Shown here piece after piece: positions 48,095 through 56,781 of a stretch of DNA of 60,636 nucleotides; the stretch's first letter is position 1, and the number at the start of each line of letters is the position of its first letter. The stretch covers positions 1 through 60,636 of the IMG/VR virus record IMGVR_UViG_3300023115_000022. One strand, written 5' to 3'. Made by a program: the position numbers and the translations under genes. Below the pieces are notes generated by a model. It was not told where the DNA came from. It was given only the letters and a program-made list of their open reading frames with translations, and did not search any database. Source of the DNA: a virus (lineage: Duplodnaviria; Caudoviricetes).

Positions 48095-49173
48095 TTCCTT
48101 GCCTCCGGAGGTAGTGGTCTAAACGGAGAAATTTCAACTTCGTCTTCTCCTGGTTCTGTTTCAGCAGGAGGTGTAGGTGGTGTAGTTGCCGGCGGCTCCG
48201 GTGGCACCTCACTTGGCGGTACCTGAGGTTTAGGAGGCGTAGTTACTTCTGGCGGCTGCTCACTCGGACTAGGCACCGTTGGTGGCTCAGTAGGTACTAC
48301 AGGTGTAGATGGCTGTGTTGGTGGCTCTGTAGGCACCTGTGGCGCTGGTGTAGGAGTTGGTGTAGGTGTTTGTGTATCTACATCAGGAGTTACGTCAGGA
48401 GTGCTAGGAGGCCTTGGTTTGGGCGGCGTCGACGGCGTTTCAGGTCTAATATCAGGAGCTGAAGGAATTGTTGGAGGTTGCTCCGTAGGCACTTCAGGTG
48501 TAGGTGGCACTGTTGGAGGAACTTCTATTGTAGGTGCATCTGGAATAGGCTCTGGAATAGGCTCTAATGGTAAATCTTCAGGCGGCGTAACACCAAACTG
48601 CGGCTCATCTGTATCATCTCTAGGAGCATCAGCATCAAATCTTGGTTCATCTGTGTCAGAGCTCTGTCCACCACTTTGTTCACCTCCTTGTGTTCCACTA
48701 GGTTGGCCTCCAGGTTCGCCAGATCCTGTTGCAGGTCCTGTACCGGGTCCTGTGCTTGATCCATCGCCACCTGTACTTGTACCTCCTGGTCCTGACTGAT
48801 CGCCAGCTGTTCCTGCACCTGGTCCTTCACTACCCCCTGGTCCTAATCCACTATCACCTGAGCCCGGACCAAACCCGCCCGGTCCTGTTCCTGGTCCTGT
48901 TCCTTGTGTTCCTTGACCGTCTCCGCCTTCACCGCCTGTTCCTGGTATGACGACACACGACATTAAGTATTCTCTCCATTGCGGATAAACAAGCAAATAA
49001 GGCTCTACATTAGCAGCCCAAGACCCGCCAGCATCATTACCTGCCTGAGCGTTACCTTGCATAATTTTGTCTATATCACCAATAGCGCCTCTTTGGCTTC
49101 CTCTGCCAACTGCACGACATAAATGAGTCGGTCTTATTGATGCTGCTTCTACTTTTATATCTCTAAATTTCAT
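48091..49173 (-). CDS. Gly-rich then Pro/Thr-rich low-complexity protein; candidate head-internal protein (360 aa)
   Basis: MKFRDIKVE N-terminus; start and stop overlap both neighbours. Confidence 0.6.
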   Translation of the reverse strand: MKFRDIKVEAASIRPTHLCRAVGRGSQRGAIGDIDKIMQGNAQAGNDAGGSWAANVEPYLLVYPQWREYLMSCVVIPGTGGEGGDGQGTQGTGPGTGPGGFGPGSGDSGLGPGGSEGPGAGTAGDQSGPGGTSTGGDGSSTGPGTGPATGSGEPGGQPSGTQGGEQSGGQSSDTDEPRFDADAPRDDTDEPQFGVTPPEDLPLEPIPEPIPDAPTIEVPPTVPPTPEVPTEQPPTIPSAPDIRPETPSTPPKPRPPSTPDVTPDVDTQTPTPTPTPAPQVPTEPPTQPSTPVVPTEPPTVPSPSEQPPEVTTPPKPQVPPSEVPPEPPATTPPTPPAETEPGEDEVEISPFRPLPPEARK

Positions 49174-50303
49174 TAGTTATCTGCCTTTGGTCTTAATGCT
49201 TTACTCAAGCTCTGACGTTCTGTAACCTGCTCGCCTCCAATTTCAGCAGTGTTTGTATTGTTAACAAAAGTACCTTTTTGAGTGCTTCTAGTATCAGTAT
49301 TACTTAGCGTCATTCTTACATCGTCTTCTTGTTTCACCCATCTTGTCCCGTCATATCTAAATAATCTATTAGGCGAAAAGTCTGTTCTTAAAAAGTAATC
49401 TCCTGTGTCATTGACACTAGGAAATTGTATGCCATGGCCAAACGGAGCACCGTTTGTAGGGATGCCGTCACCTAATAAATATCCTTTGTATCCTTCACGA
49501 TCAACACTTAACATTTCATCTGGTAATCCATCAGAATCAGTATCAACTAGTTCGGTATTACCATTATCATCAAGTTGCAAACTAAAATAATGACTTGTAT
49601 CGTATCCCGACTTTGCTGCATCAGCTTCTGCTTGTGATACTACTGCATTATTAATTTGCATTTCTCTTTCATACGTTGAAAGTACATCTCTCAAACTATT
49701 ACCTGCTTCGTCTCCTGCTGGAAGATCTAAGATTTCTTTAAATTCTTGACTATCTACTATCTGTTTGAGTTTTAATCTATACAAATGGGGATACCAAGTT
49801 GGTGAAAACCCTTCCGCTGCACGATTTACGTCTTCTACAACATAAAACCGTTTTAATGCAACGCTGTAATCATTTAGTGCATATTCGTCCTTTAAGTGAG
49901 GCAATTCAATAACATCGCCACTAATTATTTTTCTACCTAAAGTCTTTACACTACTGTTGATATGTATTGTTAAGAATAATGTATCGTTAGTTAAAAACAA
50001 TCCAAATTGGCTAAGATCAAAATCAATATCTTGTACATTGTATATGCCTCTCATTGTATAAATGTCCGGGTCATATTTTCTATCTCTATTTTCTAGGAAT
50101 AACAAATCTTGTATGTTTGTTTCTTTTACAGCATCATACTGAGGTTGATCAGCAGTCGCATCAGCAGAACTAGGATTTTCTGCTCCTAAAAATTTGTGTA
50201 CATTTATGTCTGTACCACCAACAGTAAACATTTCTTTGATTTGTTTATCTAAGAAAGTATAATCGTTACCGCGCTCTGGTTTATATAAAGATAGTCTTGG
50301 CAT
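49173..50303 (-). CDS. gp14: neck/head-closure protein (T4 gp14-like)
   Basis: SQFGL...D.L.L.I...GDVIELP...YVVEDV pattern; between gp13-like and gp15-like genes; start MPRLS at 50303. Confidence 0.65.
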   Translation of the reverse strand: MPRLSLYKPERGNDYTFLDKQIKEMFTVGGTDINVHKFLGAENPSSADATADQPQYDAVKETNIQDLLFLENRDRKYDPDIYTMRGIYNVQDIDFDLSQFGLFLTNDTLFLTIHINSSVKTLGRKIISGDVIELPHLKDEYALNDYSVALKRFYVVEDVNRAAEGFSPTWYPHLYRLKLKQIVDSQEFKEILDLPAGDEAGNSLRDVLSTYEREMQINNAVVSQAEADAAKSGYDTSHYFSLQLDDNGNTELVDTDSDGLPDEMLSVDREGYKGYLLGDGIPTNGAPFGHGIQFPSVNDTGDYFLRTDFSPNRLFRYDGTRWVKQEDDVRMTLSNTDTRSTQKGTFVNNTNTAEIGGEQVTERQSLSKALRPKADN

Positions 50304-50308
50304 ATACA

Positions 50309-50329
50309 TATTTATCGTAACGATAAATA
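50309..50329. promoter_or_regulatory. back-to-back divergent late promoters forming a palindrome
   Basis: TATTTATCGT-A-ACGATAAATA: CGATAAATA on both strands. Confidence 0.8.
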
Positions 50330-50346
50330 CTATGTGGAGAAAGTAT

Positions 50347-51105
50347 ATGGCGAATTTAGTTACCCAAAAGCAAGAAATTTTTGATTATGTCTACGCAATG
50401 CTAGGCGGCGGTATGGTTGATGTAGAGTTAGATCCTGTGCATTATGAAACAGCACTTACTAAAGCACTAACTAGATATCGTATGCGCAGTGATTATTCTG
50501 TAGAAGAATCATATATGTTTATGCCTACAGTAATTGATCAAAATACATATACATTGCCAAATGAAGTAGTAGAAGTTCGTCAAATTTTCCGTAGAAGTAT
50601 AGGATCTAGAACAGGTGGCGGCGGCGGAGGTACATTATTCGAACCGTTCAACCTTGCATATACAAATACCTATTTGCTAAGTTCTACAAATATGGGAGGA
50701 CTTGCAACTTACGATTTCTTTTCACAATATCAAGAACTTGTAGGTAGAATGTTTGGGTCATTTATAGAATTTAAATGGAATACAACAACAAAAAATTTAA
50801 CACTTTTACAACGTCCAAGAGCAGAAGAAACTTTGTTGCTCTACTGCTACAATTATCGTCCAGACAGTCAATTATTTGACGACTACCTTGCAAAGCAATG
50901 GATTAAAGATTATACGCTTGCTGCTTGTAAATATATGTTAGGCGAAGCACGTTCAAAGTTTGCTACTATTGCAGGTCCACAAGGCGGTTCTTCGTTAAAT
51001 GGTGACGCTCTAAAAGCAGAAGCACAAAGTGAAATGGAAAAACTAGAAGCAGAAGTAGCAACAGCAGTTGCAGGCGGAAATGGGTACGGGTTCTTGATTG
51101 GATAA
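50347..51105 (+). CDS. gp13: neck protein (T4 gp13-like)
   Basis: LGGGMVDVEL start; WIKDYTLA..K..LG..RSKF....GPQGG..LNG end; GGAG RBS before the ATG at 50347. Confidence 0.8.
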   Translation: MANLVTQKQEIFDYVYAMLGGGMVDVELDPVHYETALTKALTRYRMRSDYSVEESYMFMPTVIDQNTYTLPNEVVEVRQIFRRSIGSRTGGGGGGTLFEPFNLAYTNTYLLSSTNMGGLATYDFFSQYQELVGRMFGSFIEFKWNTTTKNLTLLQRPRAEETLLLYCYNYRPDSQLFDDYLAKQWIKDYTLAACKYMLGEARSKFATIAGPQGGSSLNGDALKAEAQSEMEKLEAEVATAVAGGNGYGFLIG

Positions 51106-51107
51106 CC

Positions 51108-51680
51108 ATGCACACATTATATATTCATGGAGCAACAGCAAGCCAACGTAGCTTTGCCTTCATTGACAAATCGATTAAGTCAAAAAATCCAGTATATTTA
51201 AATTATGAAAAAGAAGGAGCAGCTAAAGACAATTTAGAAAATATGTTGTCTACAGTTGATAATCTTAAAGGACCTTTTATTATTATTGCTCACAGTTTAG
51301 GCGGCATCTATGCTGTATATTTGCAAGAACATCTCAAGGACAAAGTAAAAGGAGTAGTGAGTTTAGCAACACCTTTTAACGGTAGCGAAATAGCAACATG
51401 GGGCGGAATATTAAATCCTAGTTACCAGTTGTTTAAAGATATAACTCCTCACAGTTCGTTTATAAAAAATAGTAAACATATAGAAATACGTGTTCCTTGG
51501 ATGCAAGTTGTAACCACAGTAGGTGATGTTCCTTGGATTATAGGCGACAACGACGGCATAGTTACTAGAAACAGCATGACATGCCGACAAGATATAGAAT
51601 ATTGCGAAGTTGATAGGAACCATTACGAAATAGTTTTGAGCAAAAGAGTTATAGCGATTATCAAAGAAAGGTTGACTTAG
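51108..51680 (+). CDS. alpha/beta hydrolase (lipase/esterase-like)
   Basis: YIHG, AHSLGG nucleophile elbow, ATPFNGS, NDGIV, NH. Confidence 0.88.
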   Translation: MHTLYIHGATASQRSFAFIDKSIKSKNPVYLNYEKEGAAKDNLENMLSTVDNLKGPFIIIAHSLGGIYAVYLQEHLKDKVKGVVSLATPFNGSEIATWGGILNPSYQLFKDITPHSSFIKNSKHIEIRVPWMQVVTTVGDVPWIIGDNDGIVTRNSMTCRQDIEYCEVDRNHYEIVLSKRVIAIIKERLT

Positions 51681-51700
51681 CAGAGGAAAACTATTATAAT
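51672..51700 (+). promoter_or_regulatory. sigma70-type (early) promoter
   Basis: TTGACT 51672-51677, 17-nt spacer, TATAAT 51695-51700; GGAGG RBS downstream. Confidence 0.8.
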
Positions 51701-51721
51701 TAAGACAATGGAGGAATTATA

Positions 51722-52285
51722 ATGGCTTTACCTAAACTACTAGTTGTCGGTCATGGCAGACACGGAAAAGATACAGTCTGTGAAATGTTACAAAGTTTTG
51801 GATATACATTTCAATCAAGTTCTAAGTTCTGTTCAGAACTTTTTATATTCAACGATCTAAAAGACAAGTACGGGTATGCTAACGAAGAAGAGTGTTATGC
51901 AGATAGGCACAATCATCGCACAGAGTGGTACAACATGATACACAATTATTGTAAAGATGATCTAGCACGTTTAGGACGTAATTTATTTGCCGAACACGAC
52001 ATATATTGTGGACTACGCAATAAACGAGAGTTCTTTGCAATGCAAAATGAAGAAATTTTTGATTATGCTATTTGGGTTGATCGTTGCGATCATTTGCCTA
52101 CGGAAGATCCTAGTTCAATGAGTATTGAACAGTGGATGTGCGATTATACAATTGACAACAATGGCGATCTAAAAAGATTAGAAAAGAATGTAGCAATTCT
52201 TATGCGTACTATTTTTAGAAATCAGGGCGTAAATCTCCCTGCCTCCACCGGACACCGATTTTTTGCAGAATTCGTTGACAGTTAG
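51722..52285 (+). CDS. P-loop kinase, deoxynucleoside monophosphate kinase-like
   Basis: GHGRHGKDT Walker A; G.R..RE; D..IDNNG.L. Confidence 0.7.
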   Translation: MALPKLLVVGHGRHGKDTVCEMLQSFGYTFQSSSKFCSELFIFNDLKDKYGYANEEECYADRHNHRTEWYNMIHNYCKDDLARLGRNLFAEHDIYCGLRNKREFFAMQNEEIFDYAIWVDRCDHLPTEDPSSMSIEQWMCDYTIDNNGDLKRLEKNVAILMRTIFRNQGVNLPASTGHRFFAEFVDS

Positions 52286-52550
52286 CACAAACTGTTTTTA
52301 AATTTGTAGGCCGACAATTGTTTAGATCCCCGTCAATGTGATAAACACTAAACTGTTCAGGATGTTTGCTTGAGAAATTACATTTTTCACAAACATCCTT
52401 TTTTGTATATCCTCTTTGTTGCCATTTTGGCACTCCATGATTAACGCCGTTACGTAAACACCTTTCACAAAGTTTTCTGTAATAAAACTTATCTCCTTTT
52501 TTGTAATTTATTGCTGCTGGACGTTGTCCGCACTTACATAACGGTCTCAT
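52215..52550 (-). CDS. HNH-endonuclease-like zinc-binding protein
   Basis: CKC..., CERC, CEKC...HIDGDLNN....NL..VCANC. Confidence 0.75.
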   Translation of the reverse strand: MRPLCKCGQRPAAINYKKGDKFYYRKLCERCLRNGVNHGVPKWQQRGYTKKDVCEKCNFSSKHPEQFSVYHIDGDLNNCRPTNLKTVCANCQRILQKIGVRWRQGDLRPDF

Positions 52551-52554
52551 ATTG

Positions 52555-52562
52555 TATTTACC
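52555..52562 (-). promoter_or_regulatory. late promoter
   Basis: GGTAAATA on the minus strand, 4 nt before the HNH ATG. Confidence 0.55.
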
Positions 52563-52617
52563 TCACCTTTTTGGTACCTTTTTACCAGTGTTTAATCCTA
52601 TATTTTCGTTAGAGAAT

Positions 52618-52625
52618 GGTAAATA
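52618..52625 (+). promoter_or_regulatory. late promoter
   Basis: GGTAAATA upstream of the sheath RBS. Confidence 0.6.
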
Positions 52626-52660
52626 CATGTAATAAAACTATTTCCAACAGGAGACATATA

Positions 52661-55600
52661 ATGGCATTAACATCACCAGGTGTACAGGTTAGCGTAATTG
52701 ACGAGAGTTTTTACACTCCGGCAGAACCAGGTACAGTACCAATGATTTTTGTAGCTTCGGCTTCAAATAAATCAAACGCAGCAGGAACAGGAACAGCAGC
52801 AGGAACACTAAAAGCAAACGCAGGAAAACCTTATTTGCTTACTTCCCAAAGAGATTTAGCAGACACATTTGGGGATCCGGTATTCCAAGTAGATGCAAAC
52901 AACAATCCGATCAACGGAAGCGAATTAAACGAATATGGTTTACAAGCAGCATACTCATTACTAGGAGTTAGTAACAGAGCATGGGTAGTAAGAGCTGATA
53001 TTGATTTAGGCGAACTAGAACCAACAGCAGACGAACCTACAGCTAATCCAACAGCTGGCACATATTGGTTTGACACATCAGATTCAGAAATAGGCATTTT
53101 CGAATGGAACGCTTCTGCTATTACAGTAACTGGCGGCCAAACATTTTCAAACAAAGCGCCTATTGTAATTACTGACACAGCAAAAGTTGCAGATTATGCT
53201 GGCGGAGACTACACACCTAAAGGTAGTGTTGGTGCAATAGGCGACTATGCACTAGTTGCAGTAACAAGTTTAAACAAACTATGGTACAAAAATGCAAGCG
53301 GTGCATGGGTAGCAGTAGGAAGCGACAATTGGTCTAAATCATGGCCAACTATTAAAGGATCTGTTGCAAATGCAACAGCAGATGTCTCGAGTGCAGGAAA
53401 TATAGAAATTAATGGTTCTTCTATTGCAGTAAGTAATGGTGATACACTTTCTGTGATAGCAGGGAATATTAATTCTGCAACAATAACAGGTGTTAGTGCT
53501 GCGGTAGTTGATGGCTATTTAGAAATTTACAGTGACGGTACAGGTTCAGCAGCAGTTGATTCTACTGCAAGTGGCGATATTTTAATTGGCGGGACAGCAG
53601 CTACATTGACATTAGTAGGTATTACTGCTGGTACATATTTTCCACCTATAGTGCAAATAAGCAAGCATACTTCAGTACCAGCCTTTAAAGATACAGATAC
53701 AGCATTAGGACAACCTAATGGTGTAAGTGCAAGACCAACAGGAAGTATATGGTTCAAAACAAGTTCGCCTAACAAAGGTGCAAATTTACTTGTTAAATTA
53801 TGGAACAGCGAAACATTATTATTTGATACAGTACCTTGTCCGTTGTATGACAGTTCTGCAGATGCACTATATGGCTTAGATGCAACAGGCGGCGGCGCAA
53901 ATTTATCAATTGGTAATTTATTTGCAAAAACAAATGTTGCAGATGATGTACAAAAACAATTTACATTTAGTTTTTATAGAAGAAAAGTTGCTGGTGAAAC
54001 ATCTATAACAAGTAATCCAATTACAGGCTCTGCACCTGGTGCAAGAGGCGCAGAAACATTTACTATTCAGGCAACTGACGATGGTACCGCAAGTTATTCT
54101 TCCGCTACAACTGTAACTGTTACAACAAACGGTTCTACAGGTGATGCAGACGATATTGCAGATGCTATCAATGCTTCTAATATTACAAATGTTGTTGCTT
54201 CTGTAGATGCCAGCAATAGACTAGTAATTACTCATTCCTTAGGTGGAGAGATTAAACTAGTTGATACAGACGGATTGCTTACAGCATGCGGATTCCAAGC
54301 AAAAGACGAAGCAACTCCTGTAGCTGAAAGTTTATGGACAGCAAATCTTTATTATGTAGATGGAACTGATGCAAGCACATCCCCTAAACAACTAATTGCA
54401 AGCAACTGGAATGATTTAAACTATACTGCAAGTGCAGACAGTGTTACTTCACTTGCTTCAAATGGTCAATTGTGGTATAGCAGTGTAGTTGACGAAGTTG
54501 ATATTATGATACATAACGGAACTAATTGGGAAGGTTATGGCAACTATTATTCTTCAGCAACTGATCCTAACGGACCTATTGTTAGTGCAAGCATGCCAAC
54601 AGAACAAAGTAATGGTGGATCGTTAGTAACAGGTGATATTTGGATAAGCACAGCAGATCTTGAAAACTATCCAACTATTTACGTTTATAATAGCACACGC
54701 GGTAATACAAATGTTGTTAGATGGGGTTCTGCATTAGATACTTCGGATCAAACTACAGAAAATGGTGTACTGTTTGCAGATGCACGTTACGGAACAAGTG
54801 GCGGCACAGGAGGAACTAATCCAACTGCACCTAGCGGCACCATTGCAGAATTGTTAGTAAGCGATTACTTAGATCCAGACGCACCTGATCCAGCATTATA
54901 TCCAAGAGGTATGTTACTATGGAACTTACGTAGAAGTGGATTTAATGTAAAGCGTTTTGAGCGTAACTACATAGACACAAGTGCAGAAAATGATCGTTTT
55001 GGCGACGAAGCAATGACAAATTATTATCCACATCGTTGGGTAACTGAGTCAGGAAACCAGCCAGATGGTTCAGGAAGTTTTGGACGTTTAGCACAACGTA
55101 AAGTTGTTGTACAAGCATTACAAGCTGTTGTAAACAACAACGACGAAATCCGCGACGACGAATCAAGATTGTTTAACTTAATGGCAACTCCAGGTTATCC
55201 AGAACTAATTGGTGAAATGATTAGTCTAAACTTTGACAGGGGCTTGACAGCATTTATTATTGGTGATTCTCCTTTCAGACTAACACCAGATGCAACTTCA
55301 CTTAACGAATGGGCAACTAACGTTAATGCAGCAGTTGAGGATAACGACGACGGCTTGGTAAGCAGAGATGAATATCTAGGCGTATTTTATCCAAGCGGAT
55401 TTACAAGTGATAACTTTGGTAACAATGTTGTAGTTCCGGCTTCGCATATGATGCTAAGAACTATTGCACTGAGTGACCAAGTTAGCTATCCATGGTTTGC
55501 ACCAGCAGGTACAAGACGTGGTGGTATTACTAATGCAAGTTCAACAGGTTATATTAATAACGAAGGAGAATTTGTAAGTGTAGCACTAAATGAAGGTCAA

Positions 55601-56023
55601 AGAGATACATTGTATGCAAACAATATTAACCCAATAACATTTATTAGCGGTGCAGGACTTGTAAACTACGGACAAAAAACTCGTTCGAGAGGTGCAAGTG
55701 CATTGGATAGAATCAATGTTGCAAGATTAGTAATTTACTTACGTAGTCAATTAAATCAGCTTGCTAAGCCTTATATCTTTGAGCCTAACGATAAGATTAC
55801 ACGCGATGAAATTAAACAAGCAGCAGAAAGTTTAATGCTTGAGCTTGTTGGACAAAGAGCATTGTATGACTACTTGGTAGTTTGTGATGAGTCAAACAAT
55901 ACTCCATCTAGAATTGATCGTAACGAACTTTATCTGGATATTGCTATTGAGCCAGTTAAAGCGGTTGAGTTTATTTACATTCCGCTACGCTTGAAAAATA
56001 CAGGCGAAATAGCAGGGTTGTAA
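52661..56023 (+). CDS. gp18: contractile tail sheath protein (T4 gp18-like), 1120 aa
   Basis: SPGV.V..IDES; PWFAPAG..RG; RDTLY...INPI; GQKT; LDRINVARL; FEPND; CDESNNT; EFIYI; AGGAG RBS before 52661. Confidence 0.95.
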   Translation: MALTSPGVQVSVIDESFYTPAEPGTVPMIFVASASNKSNAAGTGTAAGTLKANAGKPYLLTSQRDLADTFGDPVFQVDANNNPINGSELNEYGLQAAYSLLGVSNRAWVVRADIDLGELEPTADEPTANPTAGTYWFDTSDSEIGIFEWNASAITVTGGQTFSNKAPIVITDTAKVADYAGGDYTPKGSVGAIGDYALVAVTSLNKLWYKNASGAWVAVGSDNWSKSWPTIKGSVANATADVSSAGNIEINGSSIAVSNGDTLSVIAGNINSATITGVSAAVVDGYLEIYSDGTGSAAVDSTASGDILIGGTAATLTLVGITAGTYFPPIVQISKHTSVPAFKDTDTALGQPNGVSARPTGSIWFKTSSPNKGANLLVKLWNSETLLFDTVPCPLYDSSADALYGLDATGGGANLSIGNLFAKTNVADDVQKQFTFSFYRRKVAGETSITSNPITGSAPGARGAETFTIQATDDGTASYSSATTVTVTTNGSTGDADDIADAINASNITNVVASVDASNRLVITHSLGGEIKLVDTDGLLTACGFQAKDEATPVAESLWTANLYYVDGTDASTSPKQLIASNWNDLNYTASADSVTSLASNGQLWYSSVVDEVDIMIHNGTNWEGYGNYYSSATDPNGPIVSASMPTEQSNGGSLVTGDIWISTADLENYPTIYVYNSTRGNTNVVRWGSALDTSDQTTENGVLFADARYGTSGGTGGTNPTAPSGTIAELLVSDYLDPDAPDPALYPRGMLLWNLRRSGFNVKRFERNYIDTSAENDRFGDEAMTNYYPHRWVTESGNQPDGSGSFGRLAQRKVVVQALQAVVNNNDEIRDDESRLFNLMATPGYPELIGEMISLNFDRGLTAFIIGDSPFRLTPDATSLNEWATNVNAAVEDNDDGLVSRDEYLGVFYPSGFTSDNFGNNVVVPASHMMLRTIALSDQVSYPWFAPAGTRRGGITNASSTGYINNEGEFVSVALNEGQRDTLYANNINPITFISGAGLVNYGQKTRSRGASALDRINVARLVIYLRSQLNQLAKPYIFEPNDKITRDEIKQAAESLMLELVGQRALYDYLVVCDESNNTPSRIDRNELYLDIAIEPVKAVEFIYIPLRLKNTGEIAGL

Positions 56024-56026
56024 TGT

Positions 56027-56034
56027 GATAAATA
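56027..56034 (+). promoter_or_regulatory. T4-type late promoter
   Basis: GATAAATA. Confidence 0.7.
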
Positions 56035-56057
56035 CTATTAGATTAGGAGCAGATTAA

Positions 56058-56687
56058 ATGGCAATTTCAACACTATCAAGAATTACAGTACCACTAGCAA
56101 GCGGCGACAGCGCCGCTAGCCAGGGCTTGTTAATGCCAAAATTACAGTATCGCTTTAGAGTGACACTTGAAAATTTTGGTGTTAGTACACCAACAACAGA
56201 ACTTACAAAACAGGTTATTGACGTAGGTCGTCCAAATGTAAGTTTCGAACAAATGACTATTGATGTTTACAACTCAAAAGTATATCTAGCAGGCAAACAC
56301 GAATGGCAGCCTATAGAATTAAACTTACGTGAAGATGTAAACAACAACGTACAAAAACTAGTAGGCGAACAGCTACAAAAGCAGTTTGATTTCTACGAGC
56401 AGTCAAGTGCAGCATCTGGTCTAGATTACAAGTTTACAACTAGAATTGAAATCCTAGATGGTGGTAACGGTGCTAATACACCAACTGTACTAGAAACATT
56501 TGAGTTATACGGATGCTATTGTGAAAGTGTAAACTATAATCAGTTAGCATATTCTAATTCAACAGATCCAGTAAGTGTTACACTTTCTATTAGATACGAC
56601 AACGCTATCCAAACACCACAAGGTACTGGCGTAGGAACAGCAGTGGGTCGTACAATTAACACTCTTGTAACAGGCGGCGGCGCCTAA
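56058..56687 (+). CDS. gp19: tail tube protein (T4 gp19-like)
   Basis: follows the sheath gene; PKLQYRFRV, AGKH.W..I, L.G.Y...V.Y..L.Y, L.IRYD. Confidence 0.85.
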   Translation: MAISTLSRITVPLASGDSAASQGLLMPKLQYRFRVTLENFGVSTPTTELTKQVIDVGRPNVSFEQMTIDVYNSKVYLAGKHEWQPIELNLREDVNNNVQKLVGEQLQKQFDFYEQSSAASGLDYKFTTRIEILDGGNGANTPTVLETFELYGCYCESVNYNQLAYSNSTDPVSVTLSIRYDNAIQTPQGTGVGTAVGRTINTLVTGGGA

Positions 56688-56711
56688 TACAAATAACATT
56701 TAGTCTGCATT

Positions 56712-56746
56712 ATAGGGAGCTGTATTTTCAGCTCCCTATTTTTATT
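56712..56746 (+). terminator. Rho-independent terminator
   Basis: ATAGGGAGCTG / CAGCTCCCTAT 11-bp stem followed by a T tract. Confidence 0.88.
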
Positions 56747-56768
56747 ATATACGTACATTATTACTAAG

Positions 56769-56776
56769 GATAAATA
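56769..56776 (+). promoter_or_regulatory. T4-type late promoter
   Basis: GATAAATA after the terminator, 5 nt before the ATG. Confidence 0.7.
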
Positions 56777-56781
56777 TTTGT

